Shown here: piece after piece, positions 1 to 12,872 of the stretch
Numbering within the stretch: position 1 is the stretch's first letter
Layout: each line of letters begins with the position of its first letter
Origin: Nemertoderma westbladi
Lineage: Eukaryota > Animalia > Xenacoelomorpha
DNA: 54,131 bases
Reading direction: 5' to 3'
Assembly (NCBI GenBank): GCA_032718475.1
Contig: JAUCBJ010004832.1
Span: 1-54,131, forward strand
The notes under the pieces: generated by a model
Database searches by the model: none
What the model saw: the letters and a program-made list of their open reading frames with translations, nothing else
Told to the model about the DNA's origin: nothing
Translations under genes and position numbers: made by a program

Positions 1-742
1 TAAATGACGTCACGTTTTTTAAAGACATTTTTGACCCCCCCCCCCCCCCCCCCCCCCCTCGTCACAAATCGTCACGAAATGGCTAATCTCTCCCCCCCTC
101 CCCCCACCCCCTCCCCCAATGTCACGTCACACTATATAAAATTAAATGATTACTCTTATATTATTACAACAATAAATCTGGAATAAATTTATCAACTATA
201 AACTATAGATATAAACTAACATTACAAAAATACAGTAATACGAGTTTTTCAGACAGGCTCCCATGGGCACGACAGGTGGTCTGTCATGCTTATAATGGGC
301 ATTGGTGATACATCAGCTACTGGGTGTGGGTTCGCAGGGGATTGATAATCAAAATGGTCTTTGGAACTACCGCTAACATGAATGGATGTAAGATTTTTAG
401 TAAAACTTTCGATGCAAAGTAAAGATGACATTCTTTACAAACGCGCTCTCTAACGTTATGGAAGGGCAGTAGAGTTCGTAAGGTAAGATTTTAATGGTTA
501 TCATTGGAAGAGGTAATAGTTTAATAGTAAACACGTTAATAGTATACACGTTTAATAGTATACAAGTATACACATTATGTATTTAACATACAATAATTTT
601 ATCGGAAACTTATAATGTGACGTCACGATATTGCGGACACCACACCCCCTCCCCCTCTTCACAAATCGTCACGAAATACAACCCCCCACCCCCCCCCCCC
701 CCCCCCCCTGTCCAGCGTGTGACGTCATTTATGGATGACCCC
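1..742. mobile_element. Non-autonomous TIR element (PIF/Harbinger/Tourist-like MITE), left end cut by window edge
   Basis: Window opens with TAAATGACGTCAC. Its reverse complement GTGACGTCATTTA continues as TGGATGACCCC (ends 742) and is followed by TTA. Both arms carry CACAAATCGTCACGAAAT plus poly-C tracts. Confidence 0.7.
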
Positions 743-744
743 TT

Positions 745-866
745 ATAAGTGATTAATTTTAGTGATACGTGATTAATTTTAGTGATACTTGATTCATTTT
801 AGTTATAAGTGATTAATTCCAATGAAAAGTGATTAATTTTAGTTATAAGTGATGAATTTTAGTTAT
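745..866. repeat. 20-bp minisatellite (ATAAGTGATTAATTTTAGTK), ~6 copies
   Basis: Direct tandem copies visible immediately after the MITE end. Confidence 0.85.
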
Positions 867-2152
867 GATTTAAAATAGTGATTATTGCATTAAATGTAGT
901 GAAAAAAATGACTTTTTTAGTTATGGAAAAATAAGTGTCATATATAATTAATGAATTGTGGTGGTGCAACTCCATTAGATAGGCTGCATCCCTCGTGATC
1001 AATGAATTATTAAATGACAGTAAACTACACACTGCCTACGTCGGCCTATAATTATTACCGGTCCATTATCTCTTGAACTTAATATCTCAATTGATTCCTT
1101 TAGGAAATGGGCGTATAAATAAATTATTGAAGCAGTCACCTGTTCATAATGCGAATATAGCCACGTACACCTACAGTACGTATGTTCAGAACAGTATGAG
1201 TTAGTACAGTCTGCAGTACGTAGGCCTATACTGTACCTACAAGTAAGGCGGTTTTTACTTATCTTGCTTTATTACATTAATTAAATAAAACTATAAAGAT
1301 TTTATATTTTTGCTGATTCAAAGTCTCTATTTTAAAATAACATAAATCTACAGTATTGCGGTAATTATTAGTAATTGCTTGTTTCCTAAGGGGTTAGTTA
1401 TTTTTTATTCTTATATGAGAGTCATCTGAAGGACTCTCAGCACAGCGTCATTAGCATTTAGAGTACCCAGAGAACAGCGGTACTGTACGGAGGTTAAGTA
1501 AATAAATAACATCAACATCATTAGTATTAATGAGATTTCTCATATTTTTATCAAGCAATACTTTCCTGCTACCAACGCAGCGGGCACATACAGTACTGTA
1601 GTTGCAACTTATTGCAAAATGTAATCTTATCGCGTTCGAAGCTAAAGATAATAATTGTGGAAAAAATAGCTGCTCATTTTGAAGAGATTCTGTATAAAGT
1701 ACGATTGTTCTGATTTTGATTGATATGGTAATCCCATACAACACGGTTTTAGGAGCTGCGGAAAGCAACTCCTTAGAACCGAGTATCCGGGTTGGAAACC
1801 GCTTTCATCCCGATGTGCAATGGAACTACTGTAGCCAGATATTCCTCACAGGGCCAGAATTCCTTAAGGGTTTCTCTGAATCCTTACACTAATGACCACT
1901 TGAGTCACCTATTTCCCAGGCAGCGACACTTTATTGTTATCTGGATGCCAGAATGAGGCTTCCCGCATGATACGCCCTCCTCTCGGGTACCTTTGGAACT
2001 GGTCAACTTATCCTCCACTCTAATCAGCCAGAATATGTCTAACTGCCGTGTACCTTTTTACTGCAATAACTATAGAGGATGATTACTGGATTATTATACT
2101 CAACATGTATATTACAGTAGTACAGTATTAGTTATGGACTGCTACACCGGAA

Positions 2153-2426
2153 GGCGGGGTAGCTCAGTTGGTTGAGCGCCGGGTCTGCATGCAAACAAAT
2201 GATTATAGATTCAGCCTCGCCTGGGTCCACTCAGCCTTTCATCCACGGTGGTCGATAAAATGAGTACCAGTTAAATAACTGCGAGCAAAACTTTGGAATA
2301 GGGATACGAGCCCACCCACTTCCCACCCCTACCTTCGCGGGTAGTAGCTATTGAAATGTGAGCCTTCGGGTCGCCTCCGGCTTCGGCTGACTTTGTTTGA
2401 TTGCTAAACCCGAGGCGATCTTTACT
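2153..2426 (+). mobile_element. tRNA-derived SINE (degenerate copy)
   Basis: tRNA-like head GGCGGGGTAGCTCAGTTGGTTGAGCG with an A box; B box not evident. Central ACTCAGCCTTTCATCC..GGTCGATAAAATGAGTACCAG resembles, from memory, a conserved metazoan SINE core (Meta/MESC type). 3' stem GTCGCCTC...GAGGCGAT and a CTTTACT tail. Confidence 0.6.
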
Positions 2427-5019
2427 GAAATGAAGTAAAATTGTGGGGCTGAATAATATGTATGGCTCTGGAGACTTTGACCTGCCTAAAATACAACCAG
2501 AACATGTGTGGACTTTTTTTTGTACTTGTGGCGCCGCTGTAATAGCGATATCATATCTGCCTTCTGCTGGGAAAGTGAAGAACATTATTGTTTAGTACAC
2601 TACAAGTGAGAACGTGGCCCTTGTCACTCACTGCGTTAAATAAAATAGATTCAGAATCAGATACCTAAGGCGGCAACATTTACAAAGTTATTATGGCAGC
2701 AAGCATAACCGGTACTGCGCCACTGCACTGCGCGGTGGCAAACTGACAGTAAATATAGAAGGCAGCATAGCATTTCAGTTAAAACTAGTGTACTGTAGGA
2801 CTGTACAGTAGTAGCTGACTTATCTGAAACTAGCCGCCCCATTCCTGCAGTCGGAGTCGATACAGTAGGTTATCCCGACAAGGTGATACCGGGTACCAGT
2901 CCTCGCTCAAAGTCCTAAATGTTTTCGGTAAAAGTATCCGAAAAAACGATTCGTCTAATAAGTTTTGGTCCCGCGCCACGGCATTGTGTGTGGTGAGTGA
3001 AAGTTGAAAGATGATCAGTCTGCCAGAGGAGGATTTAATTCTATCGCTCCACAGGACTGTCTGGAATGGAATTATGTTTGACAAAGTTCTTTCATGTTAA
3101 CATTATCTCCGTACACGATAACTTTATCTCCCTACACGATTTACCAACTAGACTACGTTTTCCCTAATCAACCCAGTAAACATGATTGGTTTCCTTTTAT
3201 ATCATCACCTTCTCTTTATTCTAACCAATCATAGAACAGAAGGAAATGAACCAATCTATGATGTTGTGTTCTACCGAAATACCATTAACTGTTCAATATT
3301 TTTTTCAATTTCATTTTATTATTACTTATTTCGTTCCCATAGTAGTTTTATTACGTTTTAAGAATGTAATTATTGTTTTTGCAACTGTGTCGGAATGGAT
3401 TAACCTTAAGCCGTTCGTCCCCATTAACAAATAACAATTGTAAAAAATTTGTTGCGGTCGCATTTACATATTGATTTATCTTGTATAGGAATTTAAGAGT
3501 AAGAAGAATTTTAGGCCCGCGCTCCATTGGCAAGTCGTTCGTCACAATCCATCTAGGTCAGTCTCACGTTGGGTACAGATTTACAGACCTGATTCCGGCG
3601 ACTGGACTCACGTTATGTCCAGACACCAATCGCACTGCCTGCACCCCGACACACTTTCAGCTTTCAGAGTGATAACTGAACCTGAATAAGTATAATAGTC
3701 AGTACCGAATTGTTAAATTTTATTAGTTTTGATTTTAGTTCGCACAATACCTTTTACTATTATTACAAAGTCTGCCTATAACCTTTAATATCTAAATGAT
3801 ATACATAGTTTGTCCTGCATCCTCAGATCCGTATATCAGCAATAGAGGGCCAAGGGATAAATTATTTGGTATTATAATGGTGGTTTTACTAAAAATACAT
3901 AATCTTGAAAATTAACTCCAAGCTACCTGATCTTGCTGAAGTTAATTGCTCGTTTTATATTGTGTTTGTCAGTTTGTGGGATTGTTGTCTGTTGCTTCAT
4001 ATTACTAATTGGAATTCGTTGAATAAATTTCGAAGGTCGCTGATCTTGATAAGTCCTGTTATTCGTCTTATTAGTGAAGCAAAGATTACCTGCAAACACA
4101 ACTCTGCATTATATTTATAAAATATTTACTATTATGCATTACCGTAAATATTTGATTAGATTAAATTGGCTCGAATATTTTCAAAGGTCAGAAATGCAAA
4201 ACGGTTGAACTGTGATGAGATGCTACATGATGTGACGCGTTGCGTCTCCTTGTTTAGCGATACACTCTTGCGAATTAATTTACACAGACATTAATGGGAT
4301 TTGAACTGAACCACCGAAACCCTGTAAACCCTGTAAGATCTTCACATTTTCAATTTTTGTAAGCTCCATGATGCCTATTTTGTGCCGTCTTGCATAATGA
4401 AGATCGCATTTGATTTACTATACTTGAACTTAAGTGGCACCATTTTCAGATATTTTTTACTATTTTATTACAAATAATTTATAATCTATATGCATCGAAC
4501 AGTGTAGAGGTCCTATATATATAAAATCAATTTATTATTTGAATGGGAGAATATTTTAGGCTCCTAAGGCCAAGGAATGCTTGTTCGCTGTTTACCTCAC
4601 CGTGGGTGATCTTCCACAGTAAACCCTTCCACTCCGTACAGCTGCTCTATTTATTATTTAAAGATACAGACACACTTGGAGCCTTCACGAGAGACACATG
4701 AACTCGAAATAATTTTTTCTCGCTTATCCTGAATTTAATTAAAAAGTGTTCTGAGTGTAGAAGAAGAGATTATTGGTGCCATCTCACATCCCTTATGTTC
4801 AGTTGGACAGGTTCGAAAACTAATCAATGTCCGCGTAATATGCTGAGCGAGGAAGAAGAATCCTCGCATGGGTGTTAGCCGGTCAGTATCCCCTGTCTCT
4901 TGTTACTGTAATGACATTCGAACCTGATTAGTTTGTTTCTTTTATTGATTTAAACTTTCAATGACGCCTCGGAGCGGAAAGAAAACTATTTTAAAATTAC
5001 ATCGCGTTTTGTGAGAGCG

Positions 5020-5460
5020 TGGCACCGCACCAGAGCTTAATGATTCCATCCTGCAATTCCAACTCATTGGCCCGCCTTCAGCATAAGCAAAGGCTGGGGG
5101 ACCAGCCTGCCGCTTCCATACCAGCATGCGGCGAAAGGCGGGCGGCTGCCATGCAATTCGGGCCGTGTTTCACAGGCGAACACTATCTACAAGCATGGGA
5201 GTTTCCCGGTTAGTTGTCTCTTCCCCAACAAGAAGCTGGGATCAGCCAATGGCTGTTTGAGTTGTTGAGGCGTTGGGCGTTCCAGGATGGTCCTATGGTA
5301 TATTAGGCCGCTTCACCAGTTGGGGCAGTTTTCGATGGCTCATGGCTCTTAGCTATTGGTTCCATGACCGATGATAAAACAGCCTGGCCTGCGAGGCATC
5401 CTATTACTTGCTGCTTTTATTTTGCTAGAGAAGGTACCGGTAGGGTTCTTTCTGCACACC
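5020..5460 (-). mobile_element. Possible highly decayed Ty3/Gypsy pol fragment (RNase H to integrase linker)
   Basis: GC-richer island. Broken minus-strand frames give YTI..HPGTPNA and GW....RRANELELQDGIIKLW, reminiscent of Gypsy YTI.YRPG..NADALS and GWP...RR.EL...DG.LLWG. Many stops and frameshifts. Confidence 0.35.
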
Positions 5461-6809
5461 TATACAGAAGTCCTCTATGCTGTAAGTAATAATTGTCATG
5501 TAGGTCACATCCCACATTGTAATCACCACGCCCTAATATTAGTGAACACCATAATAGCAATACTGTGGAGATTTTATATTGTATTTTATCATTTTTTGGT
5601 ATTTTTAAGTAATATTCATACTGTATTTGTATATATAAATATACATATATGCATATACCGGTACACAGATGCATCTTGTACGAATCCTATGATTTCTGCA
5701 ATAAACAAAAACTATCGATAGCATATGTAGCATGAAACTAAAACTTTAAACTGCATATCGTGCGAAGTTTCGGAAATTTTTTAAGATTACATTTACATTA
5801 GCTGTATTTTATCTGATTTCCCATCAAAATTAAACGGGTGATCTCTGGAAATTTGACAATCTCATAACTTATCATAAACAATTGTACGCAATCCAAAATA
5901 TATTCTTCAAATCACTTTAATAACTAGAAGAGTGATATGATGCGTCATTCTCATTGTCGAAATCAAAATAACGCATCTTACATGATCCATGTAAATATAA
6001 TTTTACAATTATTCTCATAGCCAATGTATTTTAACTGATATTATACTTTTACCTCGATGGTGCAATGTTAATTATTATGGAATCACATTGTTTTTCTTTT
6101 CGAATCGTTCATAGTTGAATTTGAATACACAAGAAATCGAAGGCACGGTGAGTAATTTATTCAATTGAATTTAATTAATCAATTTATAATTCCTCTGTTT
6201 TCAATTACTTTTTTTCAAATGGCACAATTCCATTTAAGTATATCCATAATAAATACGCTTGGTATGTCTGTCTGTAATGTTCTTGGTAACTACGCCACCT
6301 AGTTCAGGAATTCCTTTGTCCTTTGGCGTTATCATTTATTCTTTCAGTATGATTGTAGCGTATTCTACGGTCACGAGAACACCCGCGATATTTCACTATA
6401 TTTAAATAAATGTAGGGCTTATTTCACTTTCAGGCTCTCGTTTTATATTTCACTCACTCCTTACACTCGTTCGTGGATATATTCCTATTCGAGCCGGAGT
6501 GAAATGCAATGTTACTTTATTTAAATCGAATATAAAGTTATTATTTGTGATATTGATTGTTTTTATTCATATATGTTTTTAATTGACCCCGCCCTACTCC
6601 ATATGATTGGAATAAAATAGAACAAAATGTTAAGGTGGGAATGTACCTTTGGGGGTTTAATGGTGGAATTAAATGCCAAATTTGATGTAGCTTCCTTGAA
6701 AAAAGACCGTATCATATCTATTTTGTTTTTGACTTATGTATTGTTTTATGGCACGGTATTTTATAAACAAAGGACTATTTTTAACATTTTGCACAGAACT
6801 AAAGGTCTA

Positions 6810-7015
6810 CTGTCGGTCTGTCTTTCAGACTGTCGGTCTGTCTGTCAATATATATAAGGTAACTCAATTTATCGCTATGGGGGTTTTCCTGATCGTTGAT
6901 TTCAATTCTGGTGTCATTTTTGATGTTTGGCGGAATCTAGTATCTGTTTTTAGTGTGCTTCCTTATATTTTGATGGACAGACAGACAGACAACATACATA
7001 CATGCAGACAGACGG
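6810..7015. repeat. Inverted (GTCT)n/(AGAC)n arms, probably from a non-autonomous Helitron/Helentron-type element
   Basis: GTCTGTCTGTCAATATATATAAGG (~6836-6859) is approximately mirrored by CCTTATATTTTGATGGACAGACAGAC (from 6961). Confidence 0.45.
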
Positions 7016-7740
7016 TCTAGATTATGTCTAACTTTAAAACTAATAACGGGAATGAAAACAGTGGCCATGAAAACCCCCCATATCGGAAATTTTATTTAGC
7101 TGGTGTGCCTCCTTATAATTTGAAAATTCCGCCATTTAAATTTTAAATAAAATTGGCGGTAAGATTTGAAAACTTTAAAGGGGTTTTTCTCAGCATTTAT
7201 TTTTTCGAGTTTTTTTTTTGGAGACTAAGGTACACATTTCGCGAGAACGGCTTGATAAAATTTGCTAAAATTGTTGTGGTGCTCTATTGTTATCCCCGCT
7301 GTGTTTGGTACCAGCATCTAGGCAATCAACATATGTTAACATCTTTTTATCATGTTTTTTTTTTTAATAAAAATAACTTATTTTATCTGAAAACTGCCAT
7401 TTAAGATCACAAAAAGTGCAATATTATACGAAAAATTGGTGCCCTACCCAGTGAAAACTTTAGTACCAGACTACCCCCAACACTGACAAACAATATGGAA
7501 AAATTTCAGATGAAACCACTAAAGTCTTTTCGAGAAATAATTTGTAAAAAGTAATACATTAGTAGAAGTAACTAATACAGAAGTATACATTCTCACCTTA
7601 AAAACATACTTTTTGACGGTAATCAGCTGTTATTGCCTCCTATCCCGAATCCGCCTGAATACTTCTGTAATGTAATGTATTATAATATATGCCTTTACCT
7701 ACACCGAACATATGTGTTGAATATCAAAATTATCTAAAGT

Positions 7741-7780
7741 ACTAGAAAGCCTGTGGCCCTTCGGGCCACAGCTTTCTAGT
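7741..7780. other. Near-perfect 40-bp hairpin ending in CTAGT on both strands (Helitron 3'-end-like)
   Basis: ACTAGAAAGC(C)TGTGGCCC-TTC-GGGCCACAGCTTTCTAGT: an 18-bp stem with one bulge. Confidence 0.8.
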
Positions 7781-7869
7781 GAATGTGCAGATGATATATG
7801 AATATGTGTGGGAGATTGGAGAACTGCATACGGAACAGACAACATCATTAAATAAAAAACCGCAGCCAT

Positions 7870-8870
7870 AAGAGATAACTGTCAAGTTTCAACTTTAAGC
7901 AGATTGTAAATAACAAAATTTCCAGAAAATGTTCACTTTCAGACATTTCACCCTCTACTTGCGGACTGGTGAAATGCAGACGGCGCTGCAGTTCTGTAGA
8001 GATGGAGTTTATGGTGAAGTAAGATGCCTGCCTGTCAAGTTTGAGTTTAAACAGATTGTAAATAACAAAATTGGTGTAGATTTTCACATTCAGACATTTC
8101 ACCCTCTAGTGGTAGACAGAAGAACTGTAAACGACTCTGCAACTCCGTAAAGATACAGCCTTTGCTGTATTAGATACCTGCCAAGTTTCAGCTCAGAACG
8201 ACTATAAAGAACCAAATGGTTTGAGGTTTTCACCATCAGACAATTCGCCCTCTAGCGGCAGATGGGGGAACTGAATACGACTCTGCGACTCAGTAAAGAT
8301 ACAGCCTATGCAGTAGTAGATGCCTACCAAATTTCAGTCTAAATCGATTGTAAATAACAAAGTTGGAGAAGATGTTATCTTTCAGACATTTCACCCTCTA
8401 GTGGTAGACTGGGGAACTGTAGAGGACTCTGCAAATACGTAAAGATACAGCCTATGCTGTGGTAGATAGACACCTGCCAAGTTTCAGCGGAAAAGGAATA
8501 AAAAAGAACCAAATGGGATGACGTTTTCACTATCAGACAATTCGCCCTCTAGCGGCAGACTGTGGAACTGTAGACGACTCCGCAAAGATATAGCCTATGA
8601 TGTAGTAGATGCCTACCAAGTTTCAGACAAAGCGGATTGTAAATAACAACGTTGGAGAAGATGTTAACTTTCAGACATTTAGCCCTCTAGCGGTAGACTG
8701 GGGAACTGTAGACAACTCAGTGACTCCGGAAATATACAGCCTATGCTGCAGTAAATAGCTACCATGTTTCAGCTCAATAGCATTAAAAACAACCAAATGA
8801 GATTAGGTTATCACTATCGGACAAATCGCCCTCTATAGCAGCAGACGGGGGGAACTTCAGACGGCTCTGA
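7870..8870. repeat. ~147-bp diverged tandem repeat, block 1 (~7 units, alternating A/B variants)
   Basis: Core TCAGACAWTTCRCCCTCTAGYGGYAGA recurs near 7938, 8089, 8236, 8382, 8532, 8669 and 8817. Confidence 0.85.
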
Positions 8871-8905
8871 GTATTACGTTGCAACGAGTTAGGGCGAGAC
8901 CTATC

Positions 8906-9675
8906 TAACGAGCTATAGTAAGCGAGATTTCATCGAGATTAGATGTATAATATTACAGTTAGATAAAATAATAATACAGTAAGTAGGCCTACATAAATAA
9001 TCACTTTACTACAGTAAAACAATAAAAAAACTAAAATGTTATAAACCTCTCCTTCCATGCAGCCAATGATTGAGAAAGCAGAAGTACTCTTGATCAGTTC
9101 GCAACAGACAACCCACCCCAATCAACACTACAGCCTGCTTGCTCCTTATCTGTGCCCAGCCAGCTAGCTGCGAGTTCAATAATTACCTTAACGTTGCTAT
9201 GATACAGAAAAAAATCCTTCCATATTCACTAACAATAGGCCAATTCTATCGTGCTTGGCGAATATGACATATTTATACACTATTTGATTTTTAATTAATA
9301 AATAATCATACATATTTATATTAAACACTCCAATAAAATAAATACTTTGTGAGAATGGGACACGGTGAATCTACCCATGTTCATATTATACCAGGTGGGA
9401 TAAATGTTACCCTTCTAAATCATTAATTACCGACAGAAGAACCGAAATAACGTGCTATAGTAAGCGAGATTTCATCGAGATTAGATGTTATTAGAAAAAC
9501 AAACAATACTACAGTAAGTAGGCCAACATAAATAATTACTTTTAATTCATAACAGTAAAACAAAAATGTTATAAACCTCTCCTTCCATGCAGCCAATAAT
9601 TGAGAAAGCAGAATTAGTCTTGGACAGTTTGCAATAGACAACCCACCCCAATCAACACTCTGGCCTGGCTTGCTA
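8906..9675. repeat. Two direct ~230-bp copies (8906-9145 and 9448-9675) interrupting the 147-bp array
   Basis: Both copies share CTATAGTAAGCGAGATTTCATCGAGATTAGATGT...ATGTTATAAACCTCTCCTTCCATGCAGCCAAT...ACAACCCACCCCAATCAACACT. Confidence 0.85.
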
Positions 9676-9689
9676 CTTCACTTTCACTT

Positions 9690-10130
9690 TCGGTTTTCAC
9701 TTTCAGACATTTCGCCCCCTAGCGGCCGAATGGAGAACTGCAGGTTGTTCGGCGTCCTCTCTAGACACACACCCTATGGTGTAATACACATCTGCCAAGT
9801 GTCAGCCTAAAGCATATTAATAACGAAATGGGATAAGGTTTTCACTTTCAGACATTGGGCCCCTAAGCGGTAGACTGGATAAATGCAGACTGGTTCTAGC
9901 TCCTCCCCAAACACACAGTCTATGGTGTAGTAGACCTCTGCCAAGATGGTGTAGTAGACCTCTGCCACGTATCAGCTACAAGGCATTAATAATAACGAAA
10001 TGGGAGAAGGTTTTCAGTTTCTGACATTTCGCCCCCTAGCGGCAGACTGGAGAACTGCAGATTGATCAGTGTCCTCCCAAAACACACAGTCTATGGAAAG
10101 GAACATATCTGCAAAGTATCATTTAGAACA
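9690..10130. repeat. ~147-bp tandem repeat, block 2 (~3 units)
   Basis: Same core (CAGACATTTCGCCCCCTAGCGGC) near 9701, 9847 and 10019. A 24-bp local duplication at ~9922-9968 lengthens one unit. Confidence 0.8.
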
Positions 10131-10499
10131 GATTGAGGCTGTTGGTGCAACTGCTGTTATAGAGTTTCCTGCTGGTTGACAAATTTGGCTGAAAATGGTT
10201 ATGGAATAATAGCCCAATTTGACCACAAATACGCATTCACGCAGAAATGATGCATAAAATTAGCCTTGATATAACGACGTTTCACGTCCATGTGCTCGAG
10301 GCAGTCTGCATCACGTAGATGCGCATGAAAAAGTAGTATAATAGTCGAGACCCAACGTGAGTGACAGAATGAACTGCTAGGCCTACTGCACTACCGCGGT
10401 ACCAAATTCACGAAATTTGCATTCACGCAAACAAACACTTAAAATAAGACTCGAGATAGTGACAGTGCACGTGCTCGTGACGAGAGTTTTCGTTCGATT

Positions 10500-10600
10500 T
10501 ATCGCGAGCTCCGATTGGTGCTTGTGTGTAGAAACGTATAGCTTGGGCAGACAAACAAACAAACAAACAGACAGACACATGATATTTATATATACTAGAA
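10500..10600 (-). mobile_element. Helitron-like non-autonomous 5' end
   Basis: Minus strand reads TCTAGTATATATAAATATCATGTGTCTGTCTGTTTGTTTGTTTG: a TC start, AT-rich stretch and GTCT/GTTT microsatellite typical of invertebrate Helitron-N 5' ends. Confidence 0.5.
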
Positions 10601-10689
10601 AGACTAGACTGTTGTGCTTGTCATTTGATTTGCACAATAAATTCCGGAGAAACCGTAAACAGGCACATGACATTAGTGAAGGTAAAGTG

Positions 10690-10885
10690 AAAGCCTTGAA
10701 GACAATTTACTTGAATGGAGGAGGTATAAGGTTGAAAGGAAGCTTTGAAAACAATTGGCAAAGAAGCCTCTTTATGAGACAGGAAATTACTTCCTTTAAA
10801 AGCGAATTCCTTCCAGATGCCATCTTCGTTTTAATTGAAGAAATCAAAAGATTCTTGCGGGCCGTTGCGGCCTTATAGTTCCTTT
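10690..10885 (-). mobile_element. Possible decayed CR1/L2-group LINE 3' end
   Basis: Broken minus frames give RNYKAATARKNLLISSIKTK..FAFKGS, resembling the H.YNTR...L.IP..KT..G..SF.F.G C-terminus of these LINEs. Confidence 0.3.
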
Positions 10886-11321
10886 AATTAAAAAGATCTG
10901 TTACCCTTGAGGGGCAATTTTTTGTCACCGGAACCGAACATATTAAATCAATAATACTCAATCGGAGGCTAATGGTGAGATGGGGAACTTCTCACCACCT
11001 CACTGAATGCACACCGAGGCATCTAAGACAATTGCATCCCTCATACGCACATGGTATCACTCACCGCCTTACTGCTTTACACCATAACTGCGGGGCATAT
11101 GCTTCCTATTTTATCATTCCTCCAATCTCTGTCCAATCAATCTTAGTCTCATGGTTCTATGGAAATCTTGGTGATTAACGTATTCAAAACAATTTTATAT
11201 TTTTCCTATTTCTCTCCTACTTCGCAATTTGGAACACATGCTCGCCACGTTTTCGATAATGTTAGTAAAACTGTATTTTAGTTATATATCTCAAATGTGA
11301 CTAGGTATGTTATAATACGGA

Positions 11322-11737
11322 GATATTTGTGAATACATTATGTTGAATTTGATAGGTAAATGTTGATAAAGGATATTTGTGATTACATTATGTTGAATTT
11401 GATAGGTAAATGTTGATAAAGGATATTTGTGAATACATTATGTTGAATTTGATAGGTAAATGTTGATAAAGGATATTTGTGAATACATTATGTTGAATTT
11501 GATAGGTAAATGTTGATAAAGGATATTTGTGAATACATTATGTTGAATTTGAAGGTAAATGTTGATAAAGGATATTTGTGAATACATTATGTTGAATTTG
11601 ATAGGTAAATGTTGATAAAGGATATTTGTGAATACATTATGTTGAATTTGATAGGTTGGTAAATGTTGATAAAAGATATTTGTGAATACATTATGTTGAA
11701 TTTGATAGGTAAATGTTGATAAAGGATATTAGTGAAT
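11322..11737. repeat. 50-bp satellite, left part (~8 copies)
   Basis: GATATTTGTGAATACATTATGTTGAATTTGATAGGTAAATGTTGATAAAG repeated with period 50. Confidence 0.95.
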
Positions 11738-12872
11738 CTACTAGGATCGGCATGCTGCATTGCAGCTGCATTTTTAAGAATGCTGTGCCGGCTTGTCAAC
11801 AAAATTGCACCGCCACAACTCCCTATCACCCATGACATTTGCTAGATCATCCGCGTCTTTAAGGCCAGTGTCCTTTAAGATGCGTCTCAAGAAAGTCATG
11901 GGCTGTCCACCATGCTTATTCACTCCATGAGGCTGCCAAAGTACAAGATTATGCACTGGCTGGTCCTCACGGCGAAAGCAATGTCCTGCAAAGCGGAGGC
12001 GATTTTGTTCTAGTGTCAAGCTTGGGGGAACCAATGAGACACCTCCAATGTTATATAGTGTCTGGTTGGAGATGTGTGCATTGTACTTGACACAATGAAC
12101 CCGGCGTAGCATTCTTGTGAATGTGCCATCCAGAGATTTGGTGTCCTCAGCAGTTAGAGCCCAGCATGGACTCCCGTAGAGGAGTACTGGAACTACTGCT
12201 GCTCTAAATAATCGGACCTTAAGTTTCCGATTAATTCTCGGTGACTTCCAAATCCTGGAAAGCCTATTCAAGGCTGCCCATGCCTTTCCCTTACGTATTC
12301 GAAGGTCCTCACCTGACTTCCGGATCCATGATCCCAGGTAACAGAAGTCGTCCACATGCTCAAGCATACCATCCTTTGAGCTTATGCTCATCCGATCAGA
12401 GACTTGCTGAGGACTTTCAAAGTTAACTGTCAGAATTTTGGTCTTTCTAGAGTTAATAAAAAGACCAACACTAGAAGCAGCATGTTCTAATGAGCTGAGG
12501 AGCCGTTGGGCTCCCTCTAATGATTCTGAGAGTACTCCTAAGTCATCAGCAAAGTCTAGATCAGTTAGGTACTTGGCAGGATTTCCTCGACTTCTGGAGC
12601 CAGTAGGTGGAGTTATCATCACCCCATCATCATTATAATGATCTAAAGACATGCGTAGAACATAGTCAACCACAATAATGAACAAGAATGGTGCAAGTGT
12701 GTCTCCTTGGAGGACGCCCCATAACACTTCAAATGGTTCTGTGTCACCGTCAACAGTAGACACAAATGTTGTCGCACCATCGTATACTGATCTGATTGCT
12801 GCAATAATTTCATCAGGAATCCCATATAATGAAAGTATGCTGAACATACGTGAGCGAGAGACTGTTACTTAC
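11738..12872 (-). mobile_element. 5'-truncated RTE-clade non-LTR retrotransposon (reverse transcriptase C-terminal half) with 10-bp TSD
   Basis: Uninterrupted ORF 12847-11774 with GVLQGDTLAPFLF, DLDFADD, FCYLGS and RLRFAGHCFR motifs. Short 3' UTR ends in TAGTAG. ATTAGTGAAT is duplicated at 11728-11737 and 12873-12882. Confidence 0.92.

Noticed and set aside
2153-2230. Functional tRNA gene
   Set aside because: Only the 5' half and A box are tRNA-like; no T-arm, B box or acceptor-stem partner.
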